NCBI GenBank assembly: GCA_964016885.1
Contig: OZ024740.1
Location: 300,700,001-300,764,000 of the forward strand
DNA from: Eledone cirrhosa
Lineage: Eukaryota
Length of the DNA stretch: 64,000 bases
Direction of reading: 5' to 3'
Below, piece by piece: positions 57,910 through 64,000 of this stretch (the first letter of the stretch is position 1; every line of letters begins with the position of its first letter). A program made the translations under genes and the position numbers. The notes below the pieces were generated by a model. It ran no database searches and was not told where the DNA came from. It saw nothing but the letters and a program-made list of their open reading frames with translations.

Positions 57910-60900
57910 TACAGACTGTGCGTGAGAGAAGAGCGTTGAACAGAATATTAGATTGATGTTGTTATTTAGATTGACAAGGAATAAAGAGGAAATATGAAGG
58001 AATATGTGAATAGAGATTGAAATAGTGAGCGAAAAATAAATATATGAAAATACAGAAGATGGAGAGCAAAAATGATGGAGAAAATACAGACTTTGGGAGA
58101 GGGGGTATCCGTTAAGATTTTCAGTTCAGATGGATTAAGACGACAAACAGAGAGAGCATTCCTACGAAATTAAAAAGAAGATGAAAAAATTATAGTTAAA
58201 CGAGAGGGAAATAGGTGGAAAATCTAAATCATAATAAAGTAGGAAGAAATAGCGGTCAATGGTGGGGAATGCATTGAAAAAGTAAGAAGCTTAATCGGAT
58301 TACGGTGATATAATAGAAGAGGAAATGCTGAAAGGAGTCTTAAAAACGCTACAAAGTAAATAAAGGAAAGGAAATTAAAAGCTATGCTGTATTATAAGTT
58401 AACTATGGAAGTGGGAGAGATGAATCAGAAGATGAAATGATACATAAAATCTTAAACAAATACATCTTCTCTATTGACATAAATTTGAACAGAAACCATA
58501 TTGTTCACGTGATCAGAGTGTTTTAATTATTGTCTTTTGCTAATCTTTCAATAGCAATACAACCGACGTGGGAGTAAATCTCAGGCATTTATTAAAATAT
58601 ATCATTATTTATGTTGGACCAATGTCTGAATTCCATTTTTAGCGACGTACCAGTGATATAATACTGGCAATTATTATTCAGTTATTGGCGTGGCTATTGG
58701 TTTAAAGTGAGTTGTAATGCTATACAGAAGTGCGTTATAACATCATGCATCGTCACGTAACTCGTAGGGGTGCTGTATTGATACACGGCGGTTCTAGGCC
58801 ATTTTCTAAACCTGGTGGAGTTCATCCCCTCAACATGTCTGGATGCGGCAGATGTCGTCTAGAGAATGGTAGAGAGTGAGAGTAAAAACTAAGAAAGAAT
58901 ATAGAGGAAGAATCGACCCCAGTAATAGATTGGTACGTTTTTATTGACCTCGTAAAATAAAGTATTTCATCTATTTCTCAAATAAAATATTTTATAGGAT
59001 ATATCAATATTATGTGTGGTAAACAATTGGTTTCGAAGCGACACTGAAGTAATTCCTGTAAATTTAAGGTATCAATTTCACTCCATAAGACCAGAATAAA
59101 ACATATCAACGGTTTAGCGGCTATAAATGTTCGATACTTAAGAACTTAATACAAATATATTAAATTTATTTTCCATGCTAGGCACAGTGAATGTGGGCAC
59201 GGAAAGTAATTATTCAAATATCAATTTTCTTATAATCCATAAACTATATTTCAATCCACTATAAAATCACACTATGTACAAAACAGTATACACAACTTGA
59301 ACAAAAGGGATTCCATACATCTGAATACTAGTTTCATATTATAGCTAAAAATATTCATATCCAATTATATTATCATAAGCAAAATAATGAGAAATTTGAT
59401 CATTTAGTAAACGCATTTCAATTCGAAAAATAAAAATGAGGACAATGAATACATATAAAATTGTCTATATTGTAATATCCATTCCCTGGTATACAGCGTG
59501 CTTTTAATGAGACATTAAATCTTAAATTATATGATATTGTATACATAATAGCATAGACTTGCTATTGTAATTAAACGGAGTAAAATTTCCACCAATGAAC
59601 CAGAACAACGCGCAGTAGAATCTTTAGAGAGGGTGCATTGTATATCCATTTCTACTGTAGCCAACTGGGTTTGCATTTAAGAGTTCAAACATTTGCATTG
59701 CATCACTCCAGTTTGGTTCAGTTGTAAAAGGGGCTGTTGTATTGTACCATCCACTTGGAATTTGGAATTGAGCTGATGATAATTTCAATATCATTTTGGA
59801 TAGAAGGTAAATATTAGGCTGGAACAATTCAAGAGACTATTTCCTATACTCAATTTGTATGAATTTCAGAAATCGATATTTCAAGAAGTTTTGGAAAATA
59901 TACATGCGTGCATGAAATAAATGTTTCATTGTACAGACAGGTGAAAGGGGTTATCTTCACATGACCTACAAGGATGGTAAGGTTGATATAGGCGAAAAGG
60001 GAATTCCAGAGGGGAATCAAACTTAGGTATAACGGTGTGTGCGTTTTGCTGATTATTCTTCGTTGAATTTTGAAAACTAAACACAGTTGCTAGTTTTGCG
60101 ATATAGTATATAGCGTTTGTTTCCATCACGCGTTATTTGCAACCGATACTGAAACGAACAATAGAAGAAGTTATTACATTATTTATCAACCGACTGTAAT
60201 AATTATCTAATACTGATGGATAAAATTATATCCAACATGTTCTACAGTGAGAATTGAATAATATAATTTAAAGTGAAACGAATAGTAGTTTGGCTCTCAA
60301 TTTCAAGGATTTGACAAATTATTTTGTCCTTGTCCAATACTCACAGCTGGAAAAGTTATTTGCAGTCATATGCATGTCGAGCTGTATGTATAACAATGGT
60401 GGTTTCGGGAGTGAGGACTGATCATCTTGTAAATTGTCTTCCATTACCATTCTTTTTTATCGTTAATATTATTTTGCTATTTCTGTTCATATGCTGTTCT
60501 TGTGACATTCACGTTACCTAGATGACAGGATACGCTGGTTCAGATGAATTGTCCTTGATTTTCTAGATTCCAATTTTGCTATCCTGTCTTAACTTGATTT
60601 TCTGAGTTCATGTCAACAACAAATCATTGAAAAATGATTATTTTAATGGAGAAATTTAGGCTTCGGAGTACAGAGAACATGGTATAGTAACAATCATATA
60701 CGTATTAGCTCTATTTGCATATGAAATTGAGAGAAATGATTTTTGATTTAGAATTGTAATGTTCATAAACATTCTATTTCCTTCGATTCACTAGAGTATA
60801 CTTAATATACATTCCTGTGAACAGTGGTTTGTTAGAAATGATACAGTGTCATAATATATTACTTTATTTAATAGTCTCTATAAGTATTAAGTTCATATAC

Positions 60901-61146
60901 CATTAATGTTGATTTGTGTGGTACGGATATATGGTTAGATATAATGACACATGTTGATTAGTACAGCCAGCTATACAATAGTATTGATTGTTGCACTATA
61001 TTTACCAATATTGTTCTTTAATTTTTAGGATTTCCATTCGGTGCGTTCTTGCACATTGTTCCATCATTGGACTTGCAGTATGAATATTTTCTATTAGAAG
61101 CTGTTTCTATAACCACATTCAAACATTCTTCTGATCAGGAGAAATG

Positions 61147-61680
61147 ACCTATTCTGTGTTTCCACAAGCATACACCATAGCCAGGACCACGATTTCGAAA
61201 CCTATTCTCTTTACATACCCCCCCCCCCCTCATTCATACAGCGTGAGTATCCCCCACCATTTTCCAAGCTGCTCTCACCCGCGCCCAGGAAACCGACCAT
61301 ACCACAGCCCTCTCACCTCACCGGTGCCCCCCGAATACCCGCCTCTCACCTACCACCCCGTCAGCCAACCACTCCGGTGACATGTTCTCCGTTCCTTCCG
61401 GACCCTCTCTTTTGATCCCATCACTTCTCACATTTTTCACAACCCACCTATTTCCCCATTTAAGCGCGCTCGTAACCTCTCCGAACTCCTGGTACTCAGT
61501 TCCTTCTCGTCCTCTGTTACGGCTCCACCTGGCTTTGTCCTTGTTCTCATCCCCTCTGTAACACTTGTCCTTTTATTTTCACCCTCACCACTCTCACAGG
61601 CCTAAACGGTTTATTCTGTATCCGCCACTCCTTCTCCTGCATCACCATATAGACCAGCGTCACACAAAATCTCACTTTTG
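61147..61680 (+). pseudogene. Penelope-like RT thumb/linker fragment (Cys-linker type)
   Basis: PLTYHPVSQPLR*HVLRSFRTLSFDPITSHIFHNPPISPFKRARNLSELLV, then frameshifted CPCSHPLCNTCPFI. Matches the PLE pattern TYHP...IFxxPP..RRxxNL..LV...PC...CxTC. Confidence 0.75.
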
Positions 61681-61772
61681 TGTATACGCGTTCGAAATAT
61701 GCGTATGTTTACTGAAAATTCTATCAATCTATAAACATCATACTCATACTATATTTAGTCAGGCAATATTAT

Positions 61773-61826
61773 TTTGGTTGCATCAAATCGTTTGGTTGCA
61801 TCAAATCGTTTGGTTGCATCAAATCT
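61773..61826. repeat. 18-bp minisatellite x3 (tttggttgcatcaaatcg)
   Basis: Directly visible. Confidence 0.85.
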
Positions 61827-63416
61827 GAGTCTTTAACATAAAATCGGAACAATAAACGTAGTGCCATGTAAATTGATGGCTATTAATTTGTTGATTTAAT
61901 GCGTCGTTTTATGTTAGCTAATAGTTAATTCGTCAGATATATAACTAGGTTTATTTACAATAGTTTATAACTTTGGCTATTAATCCGTATGAAAAGCAAA
62001 TGGAGTCCCACGTGCTGGCCCCATTTGCTTGTACCAGCAGTAGATGGGTATTTAACCTTATTATGAACAGGCATTATGTCTATAGGAGAGTCTTCAATTA
62101 TCATCACGTAACACCATAAAACCAGGATAATCACCGGGATGACGAGCCACCTGGCTTGCGGAAACTTTTAGTCTATAACAGACTCCTTAGGTAATTAATA
62201 ACATTAGCATGAATAATAACAATTGCAGCACGTATAAATGTTTCTCCTAATACTAAAAATTCCAAAGTGAAATTTAGATTGTGCTTTTATTTTTATTTCT
62301 ATGCCCTTAAACCCGGGATATGAACCAGGGCGATATGTTTCAGGGCTCGAGACATACTCTATATTTTAAACATTTTGAAGGCGTTTAAGCCAAACATAAA
62401 GACGCACGGAACGTTTATAATTTATTCACGTAATCACATGTTAAACAAAATGTATGCGATTTTTCTATGGTTATTTTATATTTTTTTCAATGGGGAACCA
62501 CATTTAATAAAGTAACATTTTCTGGTAACATGGGGTTAGAAAGTCGGATGAAATACGGCAAAGGATTTCATCTGACAACACCAGACTTGCTTTCCGTTTT
62601 TTTTCAGCATCGATGCGTACACTCCTAGTCTCTGCCAGAGGAAGATATATAGAGAGAGGCGCTCCACCAGTTTCAAATTGCCAAGGCAGGTTGTATGCAG
62701 CAATAGTCCCTCTACCATACCAACATATGTTAATGCTCGATTGAACGATCTTTCGACCATTTTTATATCATTTATATACATGGGAACGACACGAATGTAA
62801 CTAAGTTTGTTTGACCTGTAATTTGAAATAGCGTTATTTTGCATGATCAACACACAGCACACCTTAAATTTTCAATTTTAAATACCGTATGCTAAATTGA
62901 TCGGAAATTAACACGAATCGTCGACTCCAGATAATGATCATTTTGAAATGCAAGAAAAATTAGAGGCAAGTGAAACAACATTTGCAAACGATAATTGAGC
63001 TATCACTTCTCGAATTTAATACGCATAACTAGTGAAAAGTAGCAATTATTGCATAATAAATACATTTCAATATGCGAATTTTATGGGCATATAATGGTAG
63101 TACATACACATCTCGAAGCTAACGTATTATAATAATGCGCATTACTCGTCTATTTTTCACAATCTTACATATAAAGTGTTACAAATGATAGAATACATAA
63201 ACGCAAATGCATGTAGACACACATAAAGACACAATTACGCTCAAATATAAACACACATAAACAGGTACATCTAAATATATGTTTGTGCATTCGTATGTTT
63301 GCATATCAAGTTGAGATTTAGCTAGTAAATATATATATATATATTTATGTGTGTGTGTGTGTCTGTGTGTCTGCGCGCGTGTGTATATATATATATATGT
63401 ATGTATATATATATGA

Positions 63417-63507
<91 letters not shown>

Positions 63508-63598
63508 TATATATATATATGTCATATATATATATATATATATATATGCATATATATATATATGTTATATATACATATATATATATATAGATATATAT

Positions 63599-63686
<88 letters not shown>

Positions 63687-64000
63687 GTATTTGTGTATGC
63701 GTATTAATGGTGTATCTATATAGGTATGTGAATGTGTGTAAATGTATAAATAATTGCCAGTCTAGCTTCGGATTATATATAAAACAGCATCTACTGTCAC
63801 TTAATTTTGCGTGCAGTTTACAGTTGACATACATTGGAGCTAGATAATTAGTATGTTTGTTTTCCGAGGAATAATTAGATACAACACCTGAATTTAATCA
63901 ACGCCGCAAAATTTTTTCATCGATGTACAGATTTGCTATAGTTTTTGTTTTCTGTAATATTTCATTTGTAATATTTTACTAGAAAATTCCAAAATGATGA

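Overview
Eukaryotic, AT-rich, microsatellite-dense DNA. The tRNA-derived SINE families look like those of octopod cephalopods, which is an inference from recall. I see no convincing host protein-coding gene; most ORFs in the track are (AT)n/(AC)n artefacts. The window holds a decayed L1/Tx1-clade LINE ORF2, a Buster/Charlie hAT element with intact TIRs and an 8-bp TSD spanning 13.7 kb, a nested second hAT fragment, a Helitron-like element, Penelope-like (PLE) fragments and many SINEs. The main finding is a ~420-430 bp tandem array (about 15 and 17 units, in two copies of a ~11 kb tandem duplication). Each unit carries a type I hammerhead ribozyme motif (acgttg-CTGACGA-tagctaataagctt-GAAA-ctag-TA-cagcgt), intact in about half the units, inside a highly base-paired monomer. 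This looks like a non-LTR retrozyme / self-cleaving satellite, and it sits inside the hAT element. Several other unrelated hammerhead families occur in PLE-style inverted repeats across the window.
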